Source: Thalia democratica (lineage: Eukaryota). From it: 64,000 bases of DNA. The notes beneath the pieces were generated by a model. The model ran no database searches and was not told the origin of the DNA. It saw only the letters and a program-made list of their open reading frames with translations. The translations under genes and the position numbers were made by a program. The stretch is taken from the NCBI GenBank assembly GCA_965202585.1, contig OZ241833.1, positions 34,286,001 to 34,350,000 of the forward strand, written 5' to 3'. Below, piece by piece: positions 48,592 to 61,195 of this stretch (its first letter is position 1; every line of letters starts with the position of its first letter).

Positions 48592-48988
48592 AGACTTGAA
48601 GTCGCCAGCGCACCTGATTTGCGAGCAAACAATGAAGATTTTCAATGAAGATTTCTCCAGACTGGCTGGCGCCCCGCACCTGCAGCGAAAAGCGAAGATT
48701 TTTTTTTAAAATATTTTTTTATTCAATTATTTTTTCTCGGTGTGAGAACGAAAGAGGAGGCCAGACTTGCCGTCGCCGGCCGATGGAAAACAATGGAAAG
48801 TAATTAAATAAGAAAGTTTTTGATTTCACGGCAATTTAATACAAATTTTGTGTGTGCTTTGTATTCTCAGTGCAACCTCTTTTTTTTGAGTAAAGTTTGT
48901 GTTTGCTGTTTAAATTAACTTTCGATTTTTTTAATGTTTGGTTTGATAAATATTTGATAAAATTTGAAACGCCAGACTGCGCGTCGCC
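48592..48988 (-). promoter_or_regulatory. Four-BRE array (Id-3 promoter)
   Basis: Exact elements at 48592..48606, 48659..48673, 48763..48777 and 48974..48988. GTGAGAA at 48742..48748. Confidence 0.8.
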
Positions 48989-51900
48989 AAGTTTAAAACA
49001 GTAAAACTGATAAAAATATATTTTTTATCAGGTATCAGCTTCATAAAGTTTTGTAACTTTTTAACCTTATCTTTTGTTCTGTACTTTTGTTTCTTTGTTG
49101 GATTTGAGTTTAATTTTTTTTTTGTAACAACAAAGTTGTTTTGAGAAATTAAAACTGTGAGACTGAAAATAATGACAAATGATAAAATTTATAAACGTTA
49201 AATACTTAAAAAAAGTTTTTCTTATAAAGTTTGTGATACTGTATTGAAACGTGTATCAAATAAAGTTTAGTTTAGATTTTCTGTATACTAAACAATTAAA
49301 GTATTAATTGAACAAAAGTCTCAAGAAACTAAAGATGCTAGACTTATAGTTTCCTTACAGTAGAAACAAAAACATTAAAATAAACTACTTATAATATTTT
49401 CCTTATTTAATTAACTTTTTAATTGTAAAAAAATAATAACAAATCTGACTAAATTGTGTGTTTAAATTTATTTTTTTGTTTTTAAAGTTATAGTTTGCTT
49501 TAACCGCATCAATTATAAAAAATATTTTAACACGTAATCAAAAAGCTTGCTGATTTTTCATTTCTTGCAGTATTCCGTTATCAAATAAAATCAAATAAAG
49601 ATTTATTCTTTACATTTTAATGTGGCAAAACCATATTGTTACACTTTTAAAACAAAGTGGTAACTAAAAAAACTTCTGTTTTTATTTTGATTCATTGAAA
49701 ATAAATTCAAAATTTCAGTTTAGTGGCAAAGTTAAGATTGAATAAAGTTTTTTTTAAAATTTAAACAGTTGAGAAATATAAATTTTGATAATCTTAAGCA
49801 ATTTGTGACTTTATTTAACCTTAAAAGTATTTTTATGACTAATAAACTCTTTGTACCTCCTAGAAATCAGTTATAACTATAAAGTGTATCCATTAAAAAA
49901 ACCTTATAGTAATTTCAAACAGTTATCAAAACTAATATTTCTAAAAGTTTTATTCAAGATCTACGTTTGCTAAATTTCGTGAAAGGTCATTGGGTATGTC
50001 AACTCATTAAAAATACAAAAAAAGTTCCTAGACTTACAGTTGCCAAATATAAAATACAGCTATTTAAACTGCTCATTTAACACTTTCATAGCGATTAGTT
50101 TTCAACAATAAAAATTTATTTAGATAATAAAGTTCAAACGGATATTTTTACTATTTTAAATCAAAACGAAACACTACGCTTTTAGTTTTTTATAGCATCC
50201 GCTAATTAATCAAAAACCTTTTAATGCTTTTTGTGAATGTTTTCTTTTTAAATTAAAGGTTTTAATGTTATTTTTACAGCTAATTTGATGTATTTTCACA
50301 TTCATAAAACTTTGCACAGTATAGAGAAAAAAGAACAAATGTTATGTACTTTCTAACTGTTACTGTTTTATGGTTGTTTTAGAAACTCTAAAAAATTAAA
50401 AGTCTTATATTTTTGTTGTTTTCTTATAAGTTTGGAACTTTTAAATAAGAACGGATTTTTAATTTACAGCTATATTTATTAATAAAAACCCAAAGTAAAA
50501 ATATTTAAAACAGTTGTTCTAGAAAGTATTGACAACGTTATAAAAATCATACTTTATTTCTGTTATAAAAAAATGTAAATAAAACCTCAAAAGCAAAGTT
50601 TAAAATATTAATTTAGAAACATAACCATTTGTTGAAGGCCTTAAAACTTTATGATTAGATAATGTTTTTTAGCTGATAACAATGTTTCTTAATGTAGTGT
50701 TTTAGTACAGTTGTATGTTTTTATAGAAACATAAACTTAAAAAAAAACTCTGAAAACAAAAAGAGATTTCTTTTTAGCATTATACTGTGCTTTAGTTATG
50801 TTTTATAGCACAGATATTTTTTAAACTGCTTAGAACTCACCAAAGTTAGAGCTAAGACAAATAGATAACATTAAATTTACCGATTATAAAAATACTGATT
50901 GTTCTTGTAATATGGTCAGAGATCATTGAATAAAGTGCTAAACACGCTTTTTGTGACGTTTTGGAACACACAGTTTTAATGTTTGTTTTTAAAACGAACT
51001 GCAAGCTTTACATATGTTATATATAAGAGTTATTTAATTAATTGTTTATTGAATTAAAAAAAAAGCGCTCAAATATTTGGTCCAAAGACCTGGTGTACGA
51101 AAAGACCTTTCGGTTATCGAGTCATACACCAGGATACAGTTTAAAGTCATGTCCAGGACAACATAAGAGATACATTTATAAAACAGAATCAAAAGATGTA
51201 CAACTAACTACAAATTTATAAACTTTAGTAAAGTATGTCGTGTAACTTTTTAAAATAAGTTTTCGCAATCTCACCGAATGATAAGTTTCGTTTGGGAACG
51301 AATTTTAAAACTGCTTAAATTTTTGCTTAAAACAGTTTTCGGTAGTTCTGCAGCTGCAATTCGTAATCACATTAAGCAACTTGACAAATCGCTACCTTCA
51401 CAAAAAAATTGCGATTAGCTAAAAGTACGGTGAGAATCTAAAACCGTTAAAAATTTCACGGTCTCAGTGTGTTAGAGTTAAGCGAATACAAATACAGCCG
51501 TTTGTAACAAATCAATTTTGTTTAGTTTTATATTTTACAGTAGTTTGTACTGTTTTTATGTATTAAAGTACATACGGGTTATACAAATGAAAAAAAAATT
51601 AAAATAGAGTCTTGAAATAGTAGTATTTATAAAGTGTACGTTCATGGCTAGAAAATAAAACTCACTACATAAACATGTGCTTGTTAATGTTTTGTTAAAT
51701 AATTTAAATACAACTAATTGAAAAAGGCCTGAAAATTTCTAACAGCTGTGTACGACTTAGCTACAAATAAAAAGCAAGGTACACACAATTAGCTTTTTTT
51801 TACGCACAATACGAATGTTACCTTGAATAAAACAAATCAAAGTATTCTACGGGACTGCACTAGTTTAGTTTAAGTTTTCTAAAAATAATTAATTTTTCAA

Positions 51901-54900
51901 ATATTATATTTTAAAGCTATTTGATCCTAACTAAAGTTAATCTTGTAATTTTTACAAATTACAACGATAAAAGTCGTCTAAGATTAAGCTGAAATCTTTT
52001 GTAGCTTGTTTTTCTGGCATCACAATAAAAAATATAATCAAGAACTTACTACTTATTCAAAAAAAAAATATTGACTACTACATTTTAAAACTGTTTAGTT
52101 TTAAGTATGTTAGAAAGATATTTTAGTTAAGCTTTTAAACTTAATCATTAATTGACTTACTAGTTTTTCAAGAAACCTTAATTACAAACAAGTTATTGTA
52201 GAAACAGTTTTATTTAGTTTACTAGTTTAAAACCACAGTTTTATCTTTGCCATCAAAGCTTTGAAAAATACTTACTTTTGTTTGACTTTTTTTGTTATTA
52301 AGATGTAAAAGCTTAAAAAAACTTAAGTAGCTAAATAAAAAGAGCTAGTTGTGTTTGTTGAAACGAATTAGTCTCGGTTGCAGTTTTGAGATTTTAACAT
52401 AAGAAATGATCAGTAGAAGCTTCTTTACAACAAGGTGCTAGATGCTGAATCAATTAACAAAGTTGCAACAAAACAAATTCGAAAACTTAACAAACTAACA
52501 ATTACGTCACGCGTAAAAACAAACAAAAACATCATTGAAATCAAAAACACAAAGCTCATCGAAAAACCCTCAAAATAAACTTTCTTTGTTCTGGGGGCGG
52601 ACTTCACCGCTTTCTCCAGCTTGTCAGTTTATGTATTACTTAATTGAAGCTCGCAGAGACAATGCCACGCTTTCACCGATCATGGGAACAAATCCGAGCG
52701 GCTGACACCGAAGCAGGTGCTTTAATTTAATACCCAGCTGAGGAATTTAGTTGTTCGCGGCGGTTTGTACTACCAAGTGTGTTGTCACTTACGATAATTT
52801 CTCAGTTGTTTTGAGATGAGAGGATAGAGTTTGAGTTTTAAGTTAAGATTTGTTTTACTCTGTTTATTTTGATGTGTGATTTTTTTAACTTATGTAAATA
52901 GATGGACTTGTTGTCCAAGATTTGAAAACTTTGGAAAATAATAGCTGCTATTGGCAGAAGGAATAATTCCTTTTTTGTTCTTAGTTTGTATATCTTTGGT
53001 TTGCACTACCTAGAGGTTTTTCAGTTGTTTTAGAAAAAGGATAAAGTTTAAGATTTTTGTAGACTGGTATAACAAATTGATAGATGTAAGAACTATAAAT
53101 ATTGAAAAAACATTTTTGAATAAATTTTTGATTAAATTTTAAATTTGTTCTAAAGACCTGATGATTTAAACTGTTAGACCTTTTACTAAAAGTTAGTTTT
53201 TAGAAATTTTGAATTTGTAAAAAAATATATTCATTAGTTTTTAAAAATTTTGCTTTTGATACAAAAACTGTAAAATGCTTTATTACGATAAACAAAGTAC
53301 CAGGTTTTACTTATTTTTTCTTGTAATTTGCTTTTCGTTATAGTAAAATTAAATATTAAAACCTGAACAATTCCTGTTACCTGCTTTTTGTTACCTGTGA
53401 GTTAAAAAAAACATTTATGACTTATTAGCTAAACTAAAATTGATAGGCTTTAAAAGGTAGACTACAAAAAAGGTTAAATTTTATCTGAAAATGCGAAGTT
53501 GTAATTGTTTTTATAAAAAATAAAAATTTGCTGTTCATGTTTTCCTGAGTAACCAAGTCTCACTGTAAATGACGATATGGTGCAGTGCTAGAAAAACGTC
53601 TTGTTAATAGAAAGTTCAGCTTGATTTATAGCGAGTGTTGTTATTACTTGCTATATCTTCCTTGTTAATGTTTGGAAAACTTCCGTATCAAGTTTTTGAC
53701 AGCAAAACATATTTTAAACTTAACTAGAACAAAAGAAGTAGCTTCTTAAAGGTTCTTTTATGTACTTATGCTGGTTTTTGTGTTTAAAGAAGATGTGTTT
53801 TAAGATTTATACCTTGCCTCTTATTAGTATTATAGTTGTATAAAACAAACTAAAATAAACTTTAGTTCATCACTTTTTTTAATAATTAGATAAAATGCTA
53901 ACTGTTTTTTAATTCAATTCTTGTTTTAAATTAAACTTATTGCTTATTCATCGCAGCTTTAAAACAAATAACGTTAATTTTGTTTTTGTTTGGCTTTAGA
54001 TTAGATTTTTAATTTAGTTTATCCAGCAAAGTTTACTAAATATTGTAAAATTTTTGTGGATGAAAACTCTGTACAAAAATTTTAAAGAAAAAAATTATTT
54101 GTGTTTTGTACACACTTTTAACTTCCTGTCCAAAAAGACTTCATATTATAGCTATTTAAAATCAATACACAAGATTGTAATTGCAAAAAACTTAAAGTAA
54201 AGTTTACAAAAAGCTTAAAAGATATTTATCAAAAGAATAAAGTTCAGTATATTTATACTAAGTATACCAACCTTTTTATAACGTTTTTAAACTATTTAAC
54301 TTAAATATTAAAAAAATGTTTGTTAGGTCTGTAGGTATTAAACTTTTGCTTAACTTGATACTTAACTTTCATTTTCTTAATATACCCAGTTAAAAGTTAA
54401 TGATTGATTACAATTTTTAATAAAGGTAATACTACTAAAACTATAAATGTATATTCCGATAAATATTAATCGAATCGCAAAGATTGGATGAAACACAAGT
54501 CGTTAAACCAGGAAAAAATTATCTACGTTTGTTGTGGCTGTAATTTTAATATTTTAAATTATATGTTGATTAACTTAAAGGCGTTTTATTTAAACATTTT
54601 CTAAAAAGCCCTGTAGTTTTAATAAAATTTTTGTATTTAACTTATTTAAAAAAAATACAAACGAAGTAAAATGATTGTCAAAGGTCAAATACATTAAAAC
54701 TACCATAGTGTTTTTAAGGTATTTATTTGTTTACAAATAGGAAAAATATAGAAAGTATGTGCAATTGACATTTTAAATTTAGTTGTATTTTAATGCTTTT
54801 AGTTTTTTTATTTCGACAATGGCTATGAAAATTTTTGAAGTTTGTTCTAAGCTGATTTTAACATTAAAAAATTAGTCGACTCCTTACAGCTGCAAGCGGA

Positions 54901-56730
54901 TGTTATTTTTTCACATTGACCAAATAAACTATACAAGTTTACTTTGAGTATTAGAACAGTTTTATATGATAGAGTTTAAATTTGAGATGCAAACTGTTGA
55001 TTTTTAAATAAACGTCGTTAATACTTTTTTATACATCATATCTTTTTTAAATACTGTATAAATAAAGAATCAAATAGACTTTGGTTCGAATAACCGATTA
55101 TATATGTTAAGTTTTGGATTATGTTACGAATGTCACAAAAATGTTTATTTTTTACTTTTGTACATATTCTAATAGCATATGAGCCTAAGCGCTATAAAAA
55201 TGTTTTCTATAAAGTACGTTTTTATTAGAAATTAACAAAAATTTAACTCAGATAGTTATTTTGTTTAAGTTAACAACGAGTTAATTTCGATGCAGCCATA
55301 CAAAAAAAAAGTTGTAGTAAAAGTAAAACTCCTCTCTTGCAAAGAAACACAGGTTACACCACAGAAAAAAACATGTTTTGTTAAACAAAAACACCTGCTT
55401 CTTACAAAAATTTGGAAAACAACTAGTTGTGAACAGAGTAACGTCAAGATAAAAATCAATTTACTAATTCGAGAAAAATTAATGCCTACCTGACGTACAG
55501 CTTGAAATTTCGATTGCTTTGTTTCAAACGCTTTGTTTGTTACTGGTCTGTAAGATTGTTTTATAACAATGTTACCTCTACCTTAGATAAAAGAAAAAAA
55601 AACATATTTATGAAGTTATAGCATTTCTTGTTTTATTTAAATAACAAATTTTTGAAGTATTTCTAAACATGTTACTGGTAGAAAATAGTTTAAGTCTTTT
55701 CAGAATACGGTTCAGTTTTTTACCTTATGTCTAGTGCAATATACTTTTCGCTTGTTTCATTAGCGAACATTGAACACAACAAAGAATTAAACCACTTGTT
55801 TTAGTATGTACTGCATACCTTTAAAATATCTTTTTTTAAGATAATAAATACTTTAAAACCTTTTTTTTAAGCTTAAAACATGAGTTTAAAGTTTTTTCAT
55901 CTTTGATTATAATTAAAAGTATATTTCAAATTTCCTTTATGTTGAGAGTTTTAAACTGATAGTCTTTGACGATAGTAGCCATACAACTTTAATAAGTATT
56001 TCTTTTAAATGTTGTAATATTACAAGGAGAAAACAAGGAGAACAACTAAACTGAATTTTAGTCAATTAAGTTGGTAATAAGTTTTTTTAAATATCTATGC
56101 TCAGTGAAACAAAATTTACACAAGTTACTATAGTTAATAAAGTTAGTAGCAGAGATGTTAAAATGCTAAAAGTTACTATGGTAATTCAGCAATGAAGTGT
56201 TTTATTTTTGGTTTGTTTTAAGTTAGTAATTTCACGCTTGAGTAAACAAAGCAGAGCTTTTTAACATGTCTGGTTAGTAGTATTATTTCACAAAAAATTA
56301 CATTTATATACGCGTTACTTGCTGGTTTACATCATAAAATTAAATTGTATCAACAAGGTTTAATTTATTTGTATTAACGATAAGCTATAGTATGTTACTT
56401 GTTCTGCTAATCAGTATTTCTCTTTTTCTCTAAATTAGAAACCTTTAATAAATGTACCTGTCATGATATAAGTAAAAGTACATATTATTCTGAATTAATT
56501 AATTTTGCTTCTTAAAGAACTCTTTTCAAACGATGTCAAGCAAATGAAACGTCTGCTAATTTCAAATTGATTTTTTCATTACATGCATTTTTATTAATTT
56601 ATTAATTAATAACTTTTTGGCACAACTGTCAACTTAAAACAAATTAGAACATGTTTTTGATCTTACTGATGATAGTTTAAAATAACTTTTATTAAATGTC
56701 GATAAAACCTTAACTAAATTTTCTCTATTA

Positions 56731-57204
56731 TGCATGTAAAAAAATATACTAAGGTATATTAAACGTCGACTAATGTAAAGTTAATCTTTATATAACATGC
56801 TTCCTTGTTAAATCATAAAATACCTTACAATTTTTAACTGTCAACTTCAAACAAGCGTGGAAATATATTTGATCTTATCAACGATCATTTAAAAGCACTT
56901 TACTAAGCACATAAATATGTTTAATTCGTTATCTTGCTTGTAAAACAAACAGATGCCACCACAGGAGTCGTTGCGAGCAGCTGCAAAAGTACAAAGATCA
57001 AAATGTGCGAAAGTCAAACATTGCCAATTAACTCGCTCACCTGAGAGTTACCATGAACACGTGTTTATTAGGAACATTTTGGCGTTTTCTCGAAAAACCG
57101 CATGCATAACATTTGTGTTTTGTCAGGTGCGCGACGTGTTTTCCGCTATTAAAACAATACAGCAGTTGTGTACACAAACGTTTTTAATTAACGGCGTTTA
57201 GTTT
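56731..57204. repeat. ~475-bp inverted repeat, arm 2
   Basis: Reverse complement of 42301..42776. Confidence 0.9.
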
Positions 57205-58970
57205 CGCTAATCGGAAGTTGCTGAAGCTTGTTTTTCCCTGTTTTGTGTAAATTAAGTTTAAGTAGTACTCATAAGTAAAAGACATTCCATTTTTCTGGTT
57301 AGTTTGGTTAAAACGATCAAGTTGCGCAAGAGACAAACTATAGTACTTCAATATTTAAAAATTTTTTACATGAAAAAAATCACAAAATAAATTCACTCTA
57401 AATTGAATTGGCGCACTACAGTTTTTCGTACACAACTGCTGTATTGTTTTAGTAGCAGTTTAAAAACGTACGCAGTAGTGATTCGACCAACTCTGCAGCT
57501 GTAACTTTTCTTAATTTTTTATTTAAATTTGGTTTCAAAAGGGTTAGCTGCTACTTTCTAGAACTAAAACCATTTAAAATCATAAATACAATTAAAAAAA
57601 TAAATCAAAAAACTTTTTGTTTTAGATTTGTAAAAGCTTCGTCCCCGGTATGCTGTGTTAATTTTGAGCTGATATTAGTTGTTGTAGTTTGTAATATGTA
57701 CTATATTAGTATCTTATAATTTTAACTGTTAACAATGTTTAAACATAAATACCAGTTTATACATCTTCAAAATTGTTATTTTGTGCAATAAAGTTTTTTT
57801 TTTCGTCAATAAATAGTTTTTAACGCATTTTTAAATATAACATTTACAGAAACTTGGCATATTCGAGATTTTACACAAATTGGTTTTCAAATCAACACAA
57901 AATAGTTTAAAAAATGTAAAAATATAATATGAATTAAATAGCTTCTTAAAACCAACTACTTGTTAAAAAAAAAAAACTCTAGTAAACTAAAAAAAATACT
58001 AGCTCTTTAAGTTTTTTTTTTATAAATTACTAAATACAAAAATCAGAACTTTTTTTGCAGACTGTTGAGTATAAATTAATAAAAGTAAATTATAAGTCGT
58101 AAAGTTTAGATGATTTAATTAAAAATTCAGATTATGTTCAGTAATTAGGCACTTACAATAAAATATTTGTTTTTAAACTTTTGATAGTAGCTTTTTGAAA
58201 GTGTATACTATATATTAAGACCTATAGAACCTCTAATAGGAGTGTGCTAGATTTACCTAGTTTATTTTTTTGAACTAGAACTCATTAAGGTAAGAATCTT
58301 ATAAAGGAAAAATTGTATTAAAGTGATCATTTAATAAGTATTAATGTGTACTGAAATTTAAATCTAAACACCTTGTGTACTGATTTTATTAGAAATGCTT
58401 TCGAAGTCAAAACGCTTTGTAGGGGCTTTACATTACCCACCTCTACAAATAAACTAAAATGCTTTGAATGAGTAGTGAAACAAGACAGTATCGAAATATT
58501 TGAAACTGTTACAACGAACTCCATTTTAAACTGTTTTAGCTTAACTAACGAATAAGTTAAATGCTTTTGTTTTTAATTTGTAACTGTCACTTCGAATAGC
58601 ACTTTTGTAACATCAATAACTTTTATGGTGTTCAAACTTGTAGCAATGTGAGTTTTGTGAAAGAAGAGAAAACAAAAAGAATAACTTTACAATGTTTAAA
58701 CTTAATTTTGTAGACTTTAAAGTAAAATTAAAATAAAGGTTGAAAATAAATTTTAAATTATTGTTCAACTTTTTCGGTTACGTATTATTGTTAGTATTAA
58801 ATTTTTTTTATAGTTTATCCATTTTTTTTTGATATATTTTTAATCTTTAGTAAATTATATGAAACTGAAAAGTTAAACTTTTAAAGCTAAACTTAAGAAA
58901 CAACAATTAATTATTTTACACAGAAAGACTTAGTTTGAAAGCGATTAAACACAATTAGTTTTCTAAAAAC

Positions 58971-59031
58971 ACGACTGACCTACATTAAACACAACTGACC
59001 TAAATTTAACGCAACTGACCTACATATTAAC
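58971..59031. repeat. 20-bp tandem repeat x3 with a CTGACCTA core
   Basis: acgactgacctacattaaac / acaactgacctaaatttaac / gcaactgacctacatattaac. Confidence 0.8.
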
Positions 59032-60286
59032 AGAATGAAAAATTGCCAGCTTATCATTAAGTATTATGCTGTAAATAAAATACTTATTTGTTGAACATTC
59101 GTTTCTCGCGATGTACACACTTAAGATGGACTTAAAACACAAAATACAATAATGCTTTCTTTTTGTGACGTCAAAAACACGCTAACACGCTTTTCATTAG
59201 TTTTGTTAGTTGAAAAAAAAACTGCCTTTTAGAGAAAAAATATTAGAATTAAAGTCATTTTAAAGAAAGTATGGTAGAAAAAGCTTAAAACTTTTTAGCT
59301 TTAAGTAGTGGTTTCCTCGGAAATAAAATTATTTTTCAAAACAAAAGTTGTTGGCAACAACAATTCTAAAACTAACAAATTAGAAGACTTCATGAATCAG
59401 CACGATTATTAAGAATTTAATACTAGGGTTATAGGGATTTGTTCCTTATTTTTTAAATATTCATTCAACATGAAAGTTTAAATAATAACTTTTATAGCAA
59501 AAATAGTTCATATTAAAAAAATTATCCGGTAGGTGATATCTTTGAGCTATGTTTTACCTAATTGTTCACATTGAAAATTGTGTAAGATTGTTAAGATTTA
59601 TATCTTATAAACTTACCTAATAAATTCTCTATATTTTATTTAACTATTTGAAAATTCATCTTAATAATTATACTACACAAATTTAAGAGTAAGATTTATT
59701 ATTGCTTTCTTAAAGAAAATGTTCGTTGTTTTGTAGAACATTTATTAAGAACTCCGCAAAGTAAAACATAACTTAAAGTAGAACGTAAAATAACCACAGA
59801 AATAGCATATAAAAAATATGAAAACTTCTATTTAAATTTAAAGACTTGTTGTTTTTTAAGTTGTCAAAATATTATTTAGTATAAGCTAACTGTAGCTATG
59901 TTCTAGTTCACTACTATTATAGACTAATATCACAATATTATTATATAAATTGTATTTATGTAAACAGTTAAGAGTTAAGATGCTTACTTTCAAATAATAC
60001 ACGAAAGTGCTTAACATTTAGTTGTATAATTTATTATGGATAACCGAAATATTTTTCATACACCATGTCTATGGAGAAATTTTTTTAGCGCCTATTTTAT
60101 TGCCGTTCAATAAACAATTATAGCTAAGTCTCTATAAAAATACGAAAAATTTTATTTTATCTTAAAGATAACGCAGACAATCTTGAAAAAAAACTTTATT
60201 ACTTATAATCAAATTTAAAACAAGACGACAAAAATATAGCAAAAACTGATAAAAATTTACACTAATTCAAAAAAAAAAAAACACTA

Positions 60287-60928
60287 CTACTTAAACATGT
60301 GTCTACAAATTGGGCATGTGCTGTGGCCATCAAACCATCCTTCAATGCAAACTTGACAAAATGTGTGGCGGCCATCGCAGTCGAGACGCGTCATGTTTCT
60401 CCCGACTTCAACATCCCCCATGCATATCACACACTGATCTCCTGCATGCGACTTGTCAGCTGTGAATCTACTGAACATTCGGATTCTTGAGGGTGGCAGG
60501 CCCGGATGTATTTGCTCTTTTTTCAATGCTATTTGATGCTGGACTATTTCGATATTTTGGAACATTTTTTCTTGGTGTTTTTCAGTTTCTTTGTTTTTGA
60601 CTTTTAGTTTCTTTATTTCAAGTTGTAAATTTTCAACGCCTTTTTCGGACTCATCAATTAATAATGTGCAATTATAAGAAAAGTTCTTTATTTCATCAAT
60701 TGCAATCAGGTATTTTTCAATGCATTCATTGTGCATTACCAATATATTATTGGCTGCGTTTTGACTGTTTTCTTTTAAATTTACAATTTGGTTTTCAAAA
60801 TGTTCCAATTGAGACAGTTCAGTTGCTTCATACACTTCTTCCATCCAAATATGGAAGAGTTCCAAGCAGCCTTGAAACGTTTGTTGCAGTTCTTCTACCC
60901 ACGCCTTGCATTCATAGCAATAATTTGT
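60287..60928 (-). CDS. RING-finger protein (putative E3 ligase), exon 2: coiled-coil plus C-terminal RING
   Basis: CVIC...CDGRHTFCQVC...W...CPIC zinc ligands. The frame stays open 21 codons upstream of the track's TTG start, up to a CTAACAG acceptor in phase 0. Confidence 0.85.
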   Translation of the reverse strand, partial: TNYCYECKAWVEELQQTFQGCLELFHIWMEEVYEATELSQLEHFENQIVNLKENSQNAANNILVMHNECIEKYLIAIDEIKNFSYNCTLLIDESEKGVENLQLEIKKLKVKNKETEKHQEKMFQNIEIVQHQIALKKEQIHPGLPPSRIRMFSRFTADKSHAGDQCVICMGDVEVGRNMTRLDCDGRHTFCQVCIEGWFDGHSTCPICRHMFK

Positions 60929-61195
60929 CTGTTAGTTTATGTATATTATTTTAGTTAATTTCTTATCAAAATAATTAGTAGTCAGTGTTACTCACTAACT
61001 AGATTTATAGCTATTAAGAAATAAAAAAAAAACCATGTATTTTTATAATAACAGTCTCCTAAAATTTATATTTTTATAAAACTGTTAACTTAATACTTCT
61101 ACTCTTAGGCAGTTTTATCTCTCTCGATTAAAACATTCTCATTTAACGTACTAAAAATAATACTAAAATCAAAATAAAACAGGTTACACAATTAC

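Noticed and set aside
51079-51125. Small hairpin CCTGGTGTA...TACACCAGG as a candidate pre-miRNA
   Set aside because: The stem is too short and imperfect, with no supporting evidence.
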